IMG/VR virus record: IMGVR_UViG_3300028676_000003 | Span: 186,001 to 250,000 of that record | Direction: 5' to 3' (one strand) | DNA length: 64,000 nucleotides | In this document: positions 11,295 to 22,169 of the stretch, piece after piece | Numbering within the stretch: position 1 is the first letter of the stretch | Layout: every line of letters starts with the position of its first letter | Position numbers and translations under genes: made by a program | The notes under the pieces: generated by a model | Seen by the model: only the letters and a program-made list of their open reading frames with translations | Told to the model about the DNA's origin: nothing | The model's database searches: none

Positions 11295-12347
11295 ATGGAA
11301 TCATGTTTTTATACACTTTGTAACACAATAATTGTTGGTTGCAAGCTTTTTCAAAATAACTTAGCTACTATACCTGTTATAGATGGTTATTATTCTGATG
11401 GAACCAATTGTTTTCAAGTAAGTGGTGGGACTGTTATTGCAATAACAACATGTCCTGATGCTCCTATTAGTAATGTTTTTTGTTATACACTTGAAGAGGA
11501 AACTCTTGAAACAGAAACAATAAATTGTTTAGGTACACCATTTAATATTACACACGCAAGAACTGTTATAACACTTAAAGATTCAGATGGTAACCCAGTA
11601 GTTGCCGACCAAGATTATACTTTTAATGTTTTATATGATGAACATGATTGTCAAAATCCACCAGTTGTTGCAGGGAATACTATTACAGTATACTCAGGGT
11701 CAACATCAGGTTCTTATGGTTATGTATCTGATAACTGGGTTGATTGTGGTCAAGGAAATTGTGAATTTGAATCAATTAGATTATTAGGGATGGGTTCAGT
11801 TCCACCTGAATTAAGTGGAATAACTGAATGTCCTGGTTTTACACCATGTGGATATAGACACTTACAAGCAGTTGTAGTTGCCGCAAACTTCCCTGAAGTT
11901 GTAACGTTAACATATTTAAACCAAACTGGTGGAACGATTAATCAAATTTGGACAGCTGATGGAGCGGGTGAAGAAGTTTATCACAATTTCGGTGTTAATG
12001 AATGTGTTTTTGAATCAACACTTAGTATAAATGCTGGTAGAATAATAGATAAAATTTGGGTTGATGCAATTGACTGTTGTGAAACTTCAACTGGTACATG
12101 TAAGAGACTTAATGTAACTATTAATGAAGCAGATGTTATTGCTTCAGATGATGGTACAGTAACTATGACTTATATGGATTGTACAGGTAATCCTTTAGCA
12201 ACATACGGATTTAGTGAAGGTGGTACTTGGTTAGTCGATATTTGTGTTGATGATGATTCAAGCTTCTCATTTAGTTACCTTCAAGGTGGTAGTTCACAAA
12301 ACTCAGGAGCTTCAGGTGCAATCATAACAGGTCCATGTCCAGCATAA
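11295..12347 (+). CDS. Cys-rich virion protein
   Basis: 350 aa; 'DGYYS' motif also at start of 9681 ORF. Confidence 0.4.
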   Translation: MESCFYTLCNTIIVGCKLFQNNLATIPVIDGYYSDGTNCFQVSGGTVIAITTCPDAPISNVFCYTLEEETLETETINCLGTPFNITHARTVITLKDSDGNPVVADQDYTFNVLYDEHDCQNPPVVAGNTITVYSGSTSGSYGYVSDNWVDCGQGNCEFESIRLLGMGSVPPELSGITECPGFTPCGYRHLQAVVVAANFPEVVTLTYLNQTGGTINQIWTADGAGEEVYHNFGVNECVFESTLSINAGRIIDKIWVDAIDCCETSTGTCKRLNVTINEADVIASDDGTVTMTYMDCTGNPLATYGFSEGGTWLVDICVDDDSSFSFSYLQGGSSQNSGASGAIITGPCPA

Positions 12348-12374
12348 TAAAATAATTTAAATAAAATAGATAAA

Positions 12375-12746
12375 ATGGAATTTTACATAAACCAACACGC
12401 AACACTAAATAAATTAAGACTTGAACTTATTCAAGATGGAAGAAATGATTTTCATAAGTTCCACGAAAAGATTCAAAACGCTGTCATTCATTTTACTATG
12501 ACAGATGTAGTTACAGGTGTTAAAAAGATTGCTAAAAAGCTTGCTGGTATTGAGCAAGTGGAGCCAATGAATTGTATTGGTGAAGAATTTTACCTTGTCT
12601 ATCAGTTTACCAAAAAAGAAACAGCAGTTGCTGGAAGATACGTTGGTAAATTCGATATAGACTTCCTAGATGGAAGTGGTACGCTTATCGTACCTATTAG
12701 AGAAGAGCTTTTTATTAATATTCTTGACGGAAGTATAAAAAAATAG
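12375..12746 (+). CDS. BppU-N-like baseplate protein
   Basis: 'YQFTKKETAVAGRYVGKFDIDF.DG...IVP' pattern; ends in TAG. Confidence 0.45.
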   Translation: MEFYINQHATLNKLRLELIQDGRNDFHKFHEKIQNAVIHFTMTDVVTGVKKIAKKLAGIEQVEPMNCIGEEFYLVYQFTKKETAVAGRYVGKFDIDFLDGSGTLIVPIREELFINILDGSIKK

Positions 12747-12805
12747 CATTTTTTAGTTGCATTTTTGCGAATTTAATGGTATCTTTGTAAATAAAGAGAG
12801 AATAA

Positions 12806-13582
12806 ATGAGCCAAGCAAAAATTTGGGAAGGTCCAGTATACTTGGAACCCATAGAACACAAATACATACACAGAAAAACTGGTAAAAAATACAAGTCAGT
12901 AACTACAATCCTCTCGTCAATTGAACCACATTTTGACGTAGAGGGTGTTTCTGCGGCTATTGTAAATCAGGCCGATGATAAAAAACAAGAACGTTACATC
13001 GGATTATCACAAAAAGAAATTATAGATTATTGGCAGATGCTTAATGATGAGGCTAACGTATACGGTACAATGGTACACGATATTGTTGAGCGTTATCTAT
13101 TAGGTAATGGATGGTATTTTCCATCAGGAGAAAATGCTGAATTTGAACAAAAGGTAATCGACGGCTTTAATAGCTTGGAAATAGAAACTGGAATGGCTGT
13201 ATGGCCTGAAAGGATTCTATTTGCCGAGCAATACGAGCTTGCGGGTATGTCAGATTTAATCATCGATATTGATGAGACTTATTTCGATGTTTTAGACCAC
13301 AAAACAAATAGAGTATTCAATTTCTATAATCCTTATGGGTATGAAACACTACATAAACCATTTGACCACTTACAAGCTTGTCAATGGAGTATTTACACAC
13401 TACAATTGAGTGTTTATGCTTATATGTATGAATTGGAATTTCCAAAGAGAAAATGTCGCCAAATCGTAATTCTTTATTGGGATAAAGAAAAAGAAAGCTT
13501 CGAGAAAATACACGTTATGTATATGAAACATGAAGCAAAAAAATTAATTGATATGCATTACCACAATATCATGATGAGCTAG
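12806..13582 (+). CDS. PD-(D/E)XK exonuclease
   Basis: 'SVTTIL', 'GTMVH', 'AGMSDL', 'DHKT', 'QLSVY' motifs. Confidence 0.8.
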   Translation: MSQAKIWEGPVYLEPIEHKYIHRKTGKKYKSVTTILSSIEPHFDVEGVSAAIVNQADDKKQERYIGLSQKEIIDYWQMLNDEANVYGTMVHDIVERYLLGNGWYFPSGENAEFEQKVIDGFNSLEIETGMAVWPERILFAEQYELAGMSDLIIDIDETYFDVLDHKTNRVFNFYNPYGYETLHKPFDHLQACQWSIYTLQLSVYAYMYELEFPKRKCRQIVILYWDKEKESFEKIHVMYMKHEAKKLIDMHYHNIMMS

Positions 13583-13597
13583 AATTAAAAACAAAGA

Positions 13598-14158
13598 ATG
13601 GATATAGATTTTACAATTGAAGATAGAAATATTTACCTATCAGAACAAATCAGTCAAGAATCAGTGACTGGTGTTATCGAAAAGATAATAACAATAAATG
13701 AAAGCGATGCGTTTTTAGAGAAAAAAGCTCAATTATTCGGTTTTACTTATGAAAGAAAACCAATCAAATTATACATCGATTCATTTGGTGGAAGCGTATA
13801 TCAGTGCTTAGGTCTTATCTCGGTAATGGGAAGGTCAGAAACTGAAATACACACAATATGTACGGGAGCGGCAATGAGCGCAGGGTTTGTAATATTAATC
13901 TCAGGTCATAAGCGTTTTGCTCACAGATACTCAACTCCATTATATCACCAAGCTTCAAGCTTCGTAGTTGGAACGCTTAAGGATATGGAAGATGATGTTG
14001 AAGAAACTAAAAGACTTCAAAAAATGCTTGAACAAATCGTATTAGAAAAAACCAGCATCAAGAAAGACAGACTTAAACAAGTCTATGTTGAAAAGATTGA
14101 TTGGTTTCTTAGTGCTGAAGATGCATTGAAATATAACGTGATTGATGAAATTTTATAA
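13598..14158 (+). CDS. ClpP-family protease (divergent paralog)
   Basis: 'IDSFGGSV', 'AMSAG', 'YHQ', 'DWFLSAEDA'. Confidence 0.85.
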   Translation: MDIDFTIEDRNIYLSEQISQESVTGVIEKIITINESDAFLEKKAQLFGFTYERKPIKLYIDSFGGSVYQCLGLISVMGRSETEIHTICTGAAMSAGFVILISGHKRFAHRYSTPLYHQASSFVVGTLKDMEDDVEETKRLQKMLEQIVLEKTSIKKDRLKQVYVEKIDWFLSAEDALKYNVIDEIL

Positions 14159-14976
14159 TGAGCGAAATTAAAAAAATAGTACACTTAGCAGATATTCACA
14201 TTCGTACATTTCGTATGCATGATGAATATCAAGAGGTGTTCAGAAATCTAATGAGAGACCTTAACGGTCTCTTAGCAGACTATAAAAGAGAAGAAATTAG
14301 AATCGTAATAGCTGGTGACCTTGTACATCAAAAAATCATTATTTCTAACGAACAGTTGATGCTTGGAACTTGGTTCCTTCGTAAGCTTGAAGAAATTGCA
14401 CCAGTAATCCTTATTGCTGGAAATCATGACCTTTTAGAGAATAACAAGGACCGTATGGACTCGATTAGCCCAATGGTTCAGTTTCTACCTGACCATAACA
14501 TTAATTATTTCAAAGAATCAAAGTGTTATTTGGATGGTGATGTAGTTTGGTGTGTTTATTCAATCTTTGAAGAAAATGCGAAGCCTGATATTGAATCAGC
14601 AAGAAAGCAATTTGGTGAAGATAAAACATATATTGGATTATATCATGCGGCCCTTATGAATGCTAAGACAGATATTGGTTATGAAATAGACCACGGAGCT
14701 GATTTAGATATATTTGAGGGTTGTGACTTAGTTATGCTTGGTGATATCCATAAGAGACAAACATTCAACCATAAAGGAATCATCATTGCTTATCCATCAA
14801 GTCTAATTCAACAAAATTTTGGAGAGAATATTACAAAGCACGGTTTCTTATTATGGGATGTTGAAACAAGAACCTATACTGAACACGATGTAGAAAATAA
14901 CGCACCATACTATCAATTTAATATCAAGAGTCTTGATGATATTGAGAATGGTACTGAAGTAATAACAAACTTATAA
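14158..14976 (+). CDS. Mre11/SbcD-like nuclease
   Basis: 'DIH', 'AGD', 'GNHD', 'GDIH' phosphoesterase motifs; near Rad50-like gene. Confidence 0.85.
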   Translation: MSEIKKIVHLADIHIRTFRMHDEYQEVFRNLMRDLNGLLADYKREEIRIVIAGDLVHQKIIISNEQLMLGTWFLRKLEEIAPVILIAGNHDLLENNKDRMDSISPMVQFLPDHNINYFKESKCYLDGDVVWCVYSIFEENAKPDIESARKQFGEDKTYIGLYHAALMNAKTDIGYEIDHGADLDIFEGCDLVMLGDIHKRQTFNHKGIIIAYPSSLIQQNFGENITKHGFLLWDVETRTYTEHDVENNAPYYQFNIKSLDDIENGTEVITNL

Positions 14977-15209
14977 TGACACTATATGAATTAAAGGTAT
15001 ATGTTAATAGTATACCTGAAGAAATGGATGAATTTAACGTTGTTAACGGGGAATTCGGCCTAGTAAAGGACGGTAATACCTTTGTAATGACAAATAATGA
15101 GGTTTTACTATGTTATGTAGATGAAAAAAACCAAGAAGTTCAGTTTTTACACCAAACTGACAAAGAAGTAAGAGATATATTGATAGATGGAGATTCCGAA
15201 GAACACTAA
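14976..15209 (+). CDS. Hypothetical protein
   Basis: Overlapping operon ORF. Confidence 0.5.
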   Translation: MTLYELKVYVNSIPEEMDEFNVVNGEFGLVKDGNTFVMTNNEVLLCYVDEKNQEVQFLHQTDKEVRDILIDGDSEEH

Positions 15210-15552
15210 AGATGAGATTTGGGACTATTGTAGACACAATAACATCACAAATATTGATGAATTTACACTAAAACTTATCAAACAAGGTTTTACTGTTGAA
15301 AAATTTGGTGCTACACCAGTTACTCAGGCTAAGATAATCGAAAAAATTGTTGAAGTACCTGTTGAAACAATAGTAGAAAAGGTCGTAGAACGAATAGTTG
15401 AGGTTCCTGTTGAAGTAAACGACAAGGAATTGACCAAAAAATATAAAGATTTACAAAAACAGAATGAAAAATTGTTAACTGAGGTTCAAAATATCAAATC
15501 TGAATTGGAAATCGAGAAAAAAAGAAACAAGAAAGACATATATGGCGAATAA
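15187..15552 (+). CDS. Hypothetical protein with VEKIVEVP repeats and coiled coil
   Basis: ORF track, operon context. Confidence 0.55.
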   Translation: MEIPKNTKDEIWDYCRHNNITNIDEFTLKLIKQGFTVEKFGATPVTQAKIIEKIVEVPVETIVEKVVERIVEVPVEVNDKELTKKYKDLQKQNEKLLTEVQNIKSELEIEKKRNKKDIYGE

Positions 15553-17890
15553 TTTAATATCACCATACTCTAAAATTAAGGTATATTGGGATGACAGACC
15601 CGAAAACTATAGCAAAGAAGCTAAAACTAGAGTTAGAAACTACTTTGCAAGCAAATATGGAGTTAGTAAAAGCAATATTAACGTAGTATATAGACCTATA
15701 AGGGTAAACTCTAAGGGGGAGACTATAGAAATCACTGGTGCTGGGTTAGAAAACATCATGGATGTTAACTACCAACGTTCTTTAATGAAAGAACTTATTG
15801 AACGTGATGGAAAGGTAGTAGACTTTAATAGAATCATAGCACTAGATGAAAAGGTTAATGCTGAACTAGACATAGATGTTAATGCTTCACAACACAGAAA
15901 TTGGGCCATAAAATGGATTATGGTAGATAACTTTTTATCTTTCGGGGAACAAAACTATTTTCCTTTTAGCAAGATGAAAGGACTTACTATTGTAAATTCA
16001 CTTCCAGCAAACCAAGGTGGTAAAACTACACTTACAATTGATGCTATCAAGTTCCTACTTCACGGAACAACAAGCAAGACAGATACAAACGAAGAAGTAT
16101 TCAACAAATTTTCAGATAAAAATGAGTTGGTGGTTCGTGGTATGATTGATGTTGAAGGAGACGAAATCATTATTGAAAGAAAAATGAAGCGTTCACCTAA
16201 AAAAGGTGGAACTTGGACAGTTAGCAACAAGGTAAATTATTATGAACTTCTACCTAACGGTGATGAAGAAATGATGAATGAAGAAAACGCCAAATTAACA
16301 ACGAAAAAGATAAAAGAGACCATTGGTTCGGAAAAAGATTTTGAGATGCTTGTATTAGCCACAGAATCTAATTTAGACGCACTTATTGGTTTATCTGCTA
16401 CTGAATCAGGTAAGGTTATCACAAGACTTATTGGTCTTGAGATTCTTGAGATTAAAGAAGGTGTTGTTAGAAAGATGTATAACGAGTTTTCAAGCAAAAA
16501 GAAATCAAATAGTTTTGATATCATTACTCTTGCTGAAGAAATAACGGACCACGAAGAAAAGGTAGCCCAAGGAATTGAGTTAGAAGCACATTTAGTTAAA
16601 AAGCTTGAAACTACCAAAGCTGAGATAGTTTCTCTTAACGATGAGAAGGAAAAATACATAAACAGCAAAGAAAAGATTGATGTTGTGATTGCTGAATTAA
16701 ATCCTGAAAAATTAGAAGAAGATATCAAAACCCTTACTACTAAAGGTATTGCGTTAGCAAATACAGTAAAATTAACCAAAGAAAAGATACTTGAAATTGG
16801 AATACCTGAGTTCGATGAAGATAAATTCTTCAATACAACAAAGGAACTTAACAAAAAAATCACTGAAAAAGCATTAGCTGAAGCAGAAATGGTTCGTTTA
16901 AGGAAGGTTGTTTCAGGTCTTGTTGCTGGTGGTATATGTCAATCATGTAATCGTAAATTGGACGATGTAGATAATACAGAACACATCATGAAACATGAAT
17001 TAGAGATTGAGAAGCTAAGAATTAGTGTTATCGAACTTGAAAGTGTTATTGAAGCTCATTCTCTAGAATTAGAAGCATCAAATAAGGTTAAAAAACAAAT
17101 TGATGAAAAGAATCGTCTAGACTTGGATGTTGATAGAACAGAAGTTGAAATGGGGAGCCTTAGAAATTCTGTAATCTCAAAAAAGAACGATTTGAATAAG
17201 TACAAGCTTAATTTGGACGCAATAGAGTTCAATAAAAACTTAGAAATTCAGATTATTAATGTTAAAACAAAGTTAAATGTTTCTGAGTATGCCAAGGATG
17301 AAATCTTGACCAAGATACAAAGAACGACTACAGATACTCAAACTCACAGAGAGTCAATTCTTACAAAAATGAAACTTATTGAAGTTATCAAGAAAGAAGA
17401 AGAAATTGACAAGATATTTAAAATATACATCGAGTTGGTTGGAAAGAAAGGTGTTAGTAAGTTGGTGTTACGCAGTGTATTACCTATTATTAACTCTGAA
17501 GTACAAAGACTTCTTGAAGATGTTGTAGATTTCGAAGTTGAGATATTTATAGATGATAAAAATAATGTACAATTCTTATTAAATAAGGATGGTGTATCAA
17601 AACAATTGAAATCGGGTAGTGGACTTGAAAAAACAGCTTCTAGTCTAGCTTTGAGATGTGTATTAGGGAAACTCTCAACGCTACCAATGCCTAATTTCAT
17701 TACGTTTGATGAGATTTTAGGAAAAATTGCTCCTGAGAACCTTGAGAAGTTAAAATTATTGTTCGACAAGATTAAGGATATGTATGAAATTGTATTCTTT
17801 ATTACGCACAATGATGTTGTTAAGGATTGGGGTGATAATGTTGTAACAGTTGTTAAAACTGAAAATATTTCCAAGATTTCTATTAAATAA
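15542..17890 (+). CDS. Rad50/SbcC-like ATPase
   Basis: Walker A 'NQGGKTT', zinc hook 'CQSC', signature 'SGLEK', Walker B 'FDE', 'ITH'. Confidence 0.9.
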   Translation: MANNLISPYSKIKVYWDDRPENYSKEAKTRVRNYFASKYGVSKSNINVVYRPIRVNSKGETIEITGAGLENIMDVNYQRSLMKELIERDGKVVDFNRIIALDEKVNAELDIDVNASQHRNWAIKWIMVDNFLSFGEQNYFPFSKMKGLTIVNSLPANQGGKTTLTIDAIKFLLHGTTSKTDTNEEVFNKFSDKNELVVRGMIDVEGDEIIIERKMKRSPKKGGTWTVSNKVNYYELLPNGDEEMMNEENAKLTTKKIKETIGSEKDFEMLVLATESNLDALIGLSATESGKVITRLIGLEILEIKEGVVRKMYNEFSSKKKSNSFDIITLAEEITDHEEKVAQGIELEAHLVKKLETTKAEIVSLNDEKEKYINSKEKIDVVIAELNPEKLEEDIKTLTTKGIALANTVKLTKEKILEIGIPEFDEDKFFNTTKELNKKITEKALAEAEMVRLRKVVSGLVAGGICQSCNRKLDDVDNTEHIMKHELEIEKLRISVIELESVIEAHSLELEASNKVKKQIDEKNRLDLDVDRTEVEMGSLRNSVISKKNDLNKYKLNLDAIEFNKNLEIQIINVKTKLNVSEYAKDEILTKIQRTTTDTQTHRESILTKMKLIEVIKKEEEIDKIFKIYIELVGKKGVSKLVLRSVLPIINSEVQRLLEDVVDFEVEIFIDDKNNVQFLLNKDGVSKQLKSGSGLEKTASSLALRCVLGKLSTLPMPNFITFDEILGKIAPENLEKLKLLFDKIKDMYEIVFFITHNDVVKDWGDNVVTVVKTENISKISIK

Positions 17891-17927
17891 GAAATAAAAG
17901 TTGTACTTTTGTAAAAAAATAACAGAT

Positions 17928-18431
17928 ATGAAATTTAAAAATTATTGTGCAGTAATAATGGGGTTCACGGAAGGTGTGGCTCCTGAAATAGAAAAGATAA
18001 GCGATTCAACACCTAACGTGTTGGTAGCAAAAGGTAGCGGTATGGTCATTGCAACATTTACAAGTTTTATGTCAGTGCAAGAGATAACCGATTGGTTTAG
18101 AGAGAATAAGCGTAGTTTCTTCGTATTTGAAATTAATGAAGAAACTGCTGGATATTACTTAAACAAACCTGAAATACATGAAGGACTTTTTGGGTTCCTT
18201 GATAAAGTAAACAATGAAGAGTTAAACACCAAAACGCTTGATTTCTTGAAAACGGTTGCCGTTGATGTAAAGAAAATTGAGCCGATTGAGGTTGACAAAG
18301 AGATAACAGAGGAAGACATTTTGTCTTTTAGCAATGATGAAAAGGAGCAATTATTAAATCAATTTATTGAGAACGGTTTCCAAAATTTAAGTGAAAAAGA
18401 CAAAAAAATAATGACTCTTTTGTCTAAATAA
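17928..18431 (+). CDS. Hypothetical protein
   Basis: ATG at 17928 after promoter-like motif. Confidence 0.55.
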   Translation: MKFKNYCAVIMGFTEGVAPEIEKISDSTPNVLVAKGSGMVIATFTSFMSVQEITDWFRENKRSFFVFEINEETAGYYLNKPEIHEGLFGFLDKVNNEELNTKTLDFLKTVAVDVKKIEPIEVDKEITEEDILSFSNDEKEQLLNQFIENGFQNLSEKDKKIMTLLSK

Positions 18432-18518
18432 AGCCCTAAAAAGCTTGACTTTTCAACGTTTTATGCGTATATTTGTAATATACATAATAACATAAAAGAA
18501 AAAGAATGTGAGAGGTTA

Positions 18519-19346
18519 ATGAACAAAAAATTCACAAATTTTGAAACTGACGATAGTGTCGCAAAATATTTTAAAGAAGTAAGAAAGTCAGTTATTTTAA
18601 CTCCTGCTGAGGAAATTAATTTAGCTAAAAGAATAAAAGAAGGAGATAACAAAGCGATTGAAGAATTAATACAAGCAAATTTAAAGTTTGTAATTTCAAT
18701 TGCAAAAGAATACCAAGGACAAGGTTTACTATTGGGAGATTTAATCAATGAAGGAAACTACGGACTAATAAAAGCAGCTCATAGATTTGACCATACAAGA
18801 GGTTTCAGATTCATATCATACGCTGTTTGGTGGGTTAAGCAGTCAATAATTCAAAGCCTTAATGATAATGCTAGAATCGTTAGACTACCAGCAAACGTGA
18901 TACATAAGATTTCAAAACTAAACAAAGATATTGCTAAGTTTGAATCAGATAATGAAAGAGAACCAGTGTACGGTGAAATCTTTGATAAAGACAAGGATGC
19001 GATGCTATTAAGCTTTCCAAAAGCAACTAGTTTGAACCAAATGATAAATGAAGATGGTGATGAACTAATAGAATTAATTCCTAGCGAAGCTGAAGATTTA
19101 GACCAATTAGAGGTTAACGACATGTTAAAGAAAGAGTTAAATAAAACTCTTATGGTACTTGATGAAAGAGAAAAAATCATCATTGAGAGTTATTTTGGTG
19201 TAAACACAGATTGTGAACCAATGACACTTGAAGCCATAGGTGAAAAGTACGATTTAACTAAAGAAAGAATCCGTCAAATCAAAGAAAAAGCAATTAGAAA
19301 ACTACGTCATAATGCTCATGGACTACAAGTCTTAATGAATGAATAA
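18519..19346 (+). CDS. Sigma70/RpoD-family sigma factor lacking region 1.1
   Basis: 'ANLKFVISIAKEY', 'DLINEGNYGL', 'FISYAVWW', 'TLEAIG...LTKERIRQI'. Confidence 0.92.
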   Translation: MNKKFTNFETDDSVAKYFKEVRKSVILTPAEEINLAKRIKEGDNKAIEELIQANLKFVISIAKEYQGQGLLLGDLINEGNYGLIKAAHRFDHTRGFRFISYAVWWVKQSIIQSLNDNARIVRLPANVIHKISKLNKDIAKFESDNEREPVYGEIFDKDKDAMLLSFPKATSLNQMINEDGDELIELIPSEAEDLDQLEVNDMLKKELNKTLMVLDEREKIIIESYFGVNTDCEPMTLEAIGEKYDLTKERIRQIKEKAIRKLRHNAHGLQVLMNE

Positions 19347-19348
19347 AG

Positions 19349-19371
19349 AAAGGGCGTAATGCCCTTTTTTT
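19349..19371 (+). terminator. Intrinsic terminator
   Basis: AAAGGGC-GTAAT-GCCCTTT plus T tract. Confidence 0.75.
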
Positions 19372-19402
19372 GTTTTAATAACATATTTATAAAATAAAGA
19401 AA

Positions 19403-20644
19403 ATGAAAATAAAATTCAGTTACATAATATTAGCTTTGGCCTTAGCAGTAGCAGGTACTGCGGCATATTTCTCAGTTTGGGGACTTAGCCAATTATTCGC
19501 AGGGGCAAGTACAGCGGTTATTATAATGGCTAGTATTCTAGAAACGGCAAAGATTGTTTCAACAACAGCTCTGCACAAGTATTGGGATAAATTAGCAAAA
19601 GGATTACGTATTTATTTAACAACAAGTGTTGTTGTTCTTATGATAATAACATCGGCAGGTATTTATGGTTTTCTATCAAATGCTTATCAAAAAACAGCTA
19701 ATAAGTTAGAAATACATGAAGGTGAAGTTAGAGTATTAGACGGAAAGAAACAAATCTTTGCAGATGCCTTAACTGCCAATAATAAAATCATTGATTCAAA
19801 GAATAAACGTATTGACCAATTAAGCGGGTTACGTTCAACACAAGAAAGTCGTATTGATGCGGCAAGAACCAATTCAAATGTGTTAAGAGGTGATATCAAC
19901 TCATCAAATGCTGAAATTCAAAAGCTATCAACTGAAATAGACGTTTTAAACGCAAAAAATTCAGTATTAAATGATTCTATCAGTAAATATCAAACAAAGG
20001 TTTTAGAAGTTAAATCAGGAAGTGATGTAGCTGGTGAAGTTGGTCCACTTAAGTATATTTCAGAATTAACTGGAACACCAATGGATAAGGTAGTTAACTA
20101 CATGATTCTATTACTTATTTTCGTATTTGACCCATTGGCAGTAGCTCTTGTTCTTATTACAAACAGAGTTTTCCAAATTGAAAAAGATGAAGAAGAAAAG
20201 AAAAATGAGGGAGCAAATGAGGGAGCAAATCAAGAACCAATTATAGTTGAAGAACCCGTAATTATTGATGAACCAGTGTTTGAAGCAGAACCAATTGAAG
20301 AAGAAATTCATGAAGATGAAGATATTGATGATGGTGTAAATGAAATTGAAGTTCACGATGAAGAAATTGTGAGTGATGCTGTAATTGAGGCTGTAAGTGA
20401 GCCTGTAAATGATGTTGTAATCGAACCAATTGTTGAACCACAACCTACACAATACTTTAGACAACCAGTACAAAAAACTGGTAGAGTTGAATTAGAAGAC
20501 ATAAAAGAAATCAAAGAAAATAGAGGTTTCAGTGTTTTGATTCCTGAACCTAAATCAAATACTATTGACCGTATTGGTAACAACAAGTTTTTGATGAATG
20601 GTGATAACAAAAAGATTTATTATAAACGTGATGATAATCAATAA
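19403..20644 (+). CDS. Multi-pass membrane protein with coiled coil and acidic tail
   Basis: Three N-terminal TM segments, coiled coil, fourth TM 'LLLIFVFDPLAV'. Confidence 0.6.
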   Translation: MKIKFSYIILALALAVAGTAAYFSVWGLSQLFAGASTAVIIMASILETAKIVSTTALHKYWDKLAKGLRIYLTTSVVVLMIITSAGIYGFLSNAYQKTANKLEIHEGEVRVLDGKKQIFADALTANNKIIDSKNKRIDQLSGLRSTQESRIDAARTNSNVLRGDINSSNAEIQKLSTEIDVLNAKNSVLNDSISKYQTKVLEVKSGSDVAGEVGPLKYISELTGTPMDKVVNYMILLLIFVFDPLAVALVLITNRVFQIEKDEEEKKNEGANEGANQEPIIVEEPVIIDEPVFEAEPIEEEIHEDEDIDDGVNEIEVHDEEIVSDAVIEAVSEPVNDVVIEPIVEPQPTQYFRQPVQKTGRVELEDIKEIKENRGFSVLIPEPKSNTIDRIGNNKFLMNGDNKKIYYKRDDNQ

Positions 20645-21242
20645 TGTAACACACAGATTAACAGAAGATAACTATATACCAGTTGAGTGTATTAAATCAC
20701 AGATAGTTTTAGGGCAAACTTTCAACCACGATATGAAGCATGTCGTGGGTTGGAAGAACCGATTTAATGGCAAATACAAAAAAACAGCGGCTTTCACTAT
20801 TGATGCCGCTGGTTTGGTTTATAGTCATTTCGATTCAAAATATCAATCACGTTTCTTCGGGAACTTGGAATTAGATTCAAAATCTATCGTTATTTTGCTT
20901 GAAAATGACGGTTGGTTAGTCAATAACCCTAAAAATAATAAATTTATTAATTGGATTGGCGATATTTATAACAATCAAGAGGATGTTGTTGAAAAGAAAT
21001 GGAGAGGTTACCAATATTGGGCTCCATATAATCAAGAACAATTTGATTCAGCGGTTACGCTAATAAATATGCTTTGTGAAGAATTCTATATTCCGAAGAC
21101 TGTAACCAGTCATAATACGAAGATAGAAACACTACATGGTTATCAAGGTGTGATTTATAAGAGTAACCTTGAGAAACATTATACTGATTTAAACCCAACT
21201 TGGAATTTCAGTGAATTTAAAAATAAAATAGAAGAAAACTAA
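20631..21242 (+). CDS. Amidase_2-like protein, possibly inactive
   Basis: Motif order matches amidase_2 but expected zinc His positions read 'IVLGQT'. Confidence 0.55.
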   Translation: MIINNVTHRLTEDNYIPVECIKSQIVLGQTFNHDMKHVVGWKNRFNGKYKKTAAFTIDAAGLVYSHFDSKYQSRFFGNLELDSKSIVILLENDGWLVNNPKNNKFINWIGDIYNNQEDVVEKKWRGYQYWAPYNQEQFDSAVTLINMLCEEFYIPKTVTSHNTKIETLHGYQGVIYKSNLEKHYTDLNPTWNFSEFKNKIEEN

Positions 21243-21247
21243 ACGAA

Positions 21248-21796
21248 ATGGCAGAAAGAATAAACGAACACGATATGACAAAAAGAATGATGGATGTTAT
21301 GAGAGGTGGATATAAAGGATTGTTATCAGAAGCTGATGCACCTGTACAACCACAAGCTCCTAACAATGTTGGACAACCGCCAGCACCAGTTGACCAAACA
21401 CCAGCTGACCCATCACAACCAATATCACAAACTCCTATCAAGGATGATACAATCCAATTAAAACCAGGAGATGCAGCATTCAACGACGAATTAAACTCAA
21501 TGAGAGATATCGTTGATGGTTCAGTAGTCATCAATGATTTCAATATCTATCCAACAGATAGAAATGTTGTTATTGATGGACTTGTAGATAAACAAGAAGC
21601 GGCTGATTCAGGAATCTTCTTCAAGATGCAATCTACAGCTTCAGATGTTGAAATAAATATAAACGGTGTTGAATTAACAGACTCAACCAATGAACATATG
21701 CAAAGACTTAAAGGTTACTTCGCTAAGTTCAAAGAAGATTGGTCAACTAGAGTTAATGGAGAATACCAAAACGGTAATTCAGCAGATAATGTCTAA
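21248..21796 (+). CDS. Hypothetical protein, probably head-associated
   Basis: Pro/Gln linker, 'INE'/'LSE' motifs. Confidence 0.5.
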   Translation: MAERINEHDMTKRMMDVMRGGYKGLLSEADAPVQPQAPNNVGQPPAPVDQTPADPSQPISQTPIKDDTIQLKPGDAAFNDELNSMRDIVDGSVVINDFNIYPTDRNVVIDGLVDKQEAADSGIFFKMQSTASDVEININGVELTDSTNEHMQRLKGYFAKFKEDWSTRVNGEYQNGNSADNV

Positions 21797-22169
21797 ATTT
21801 GACTTAAAAACGAAGATTATCTTCATTATGGGGTTACTACTCATAATTGGATTTATCTTCACGCAGAGGGGTTCTAAAAACGATTCTGAGAGTGTAATTA
21901 AAGACTTACATGAGAAGGCTATTTCTTTAGAGAAAGAAAATGAAGATTTGAAAAAAGCAAATATAAAATTGGATTCAAGTATTGCGGTTATTAAAACCGA
22001 ATTAGCAGTTAATAAGGCTAATCTTGAAAAAACCCAATTAAAATTACAAGAATTAAATAGTAAACGAGATGAAATATCTTCTAACGTTAATCGTTTGTCT
22101 GCTAATGGGGTTGCAAATGCACTCTCAGACTACCTCGATAAAAGAACCAAGAGTACAAACAATCGTTAA
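21789..22169 (+). CDS. Membrane-anchored coiled-coil protein, spanin-like
   Basis: N-terminal TM then coiled coil; overlaps next gene. Confidence 0.4.
   Translation: MSKFDLKTKIIFIMGLLLIIGFIFTQRGSKNDSESVIKDLHEKAISLEKENEDLKKANIKLDSSIAVIKTELAVNKANLEKTQLKLQELNSKRDEISSNVNRLSANGVANALSDYLDKRTKSTNNR

Noticed and set aside
12806-13582. Cas4 / CRISPR adaptation gene
   Set aside because: No four-Cys cluster and no array; ordinary phage exonuclease.
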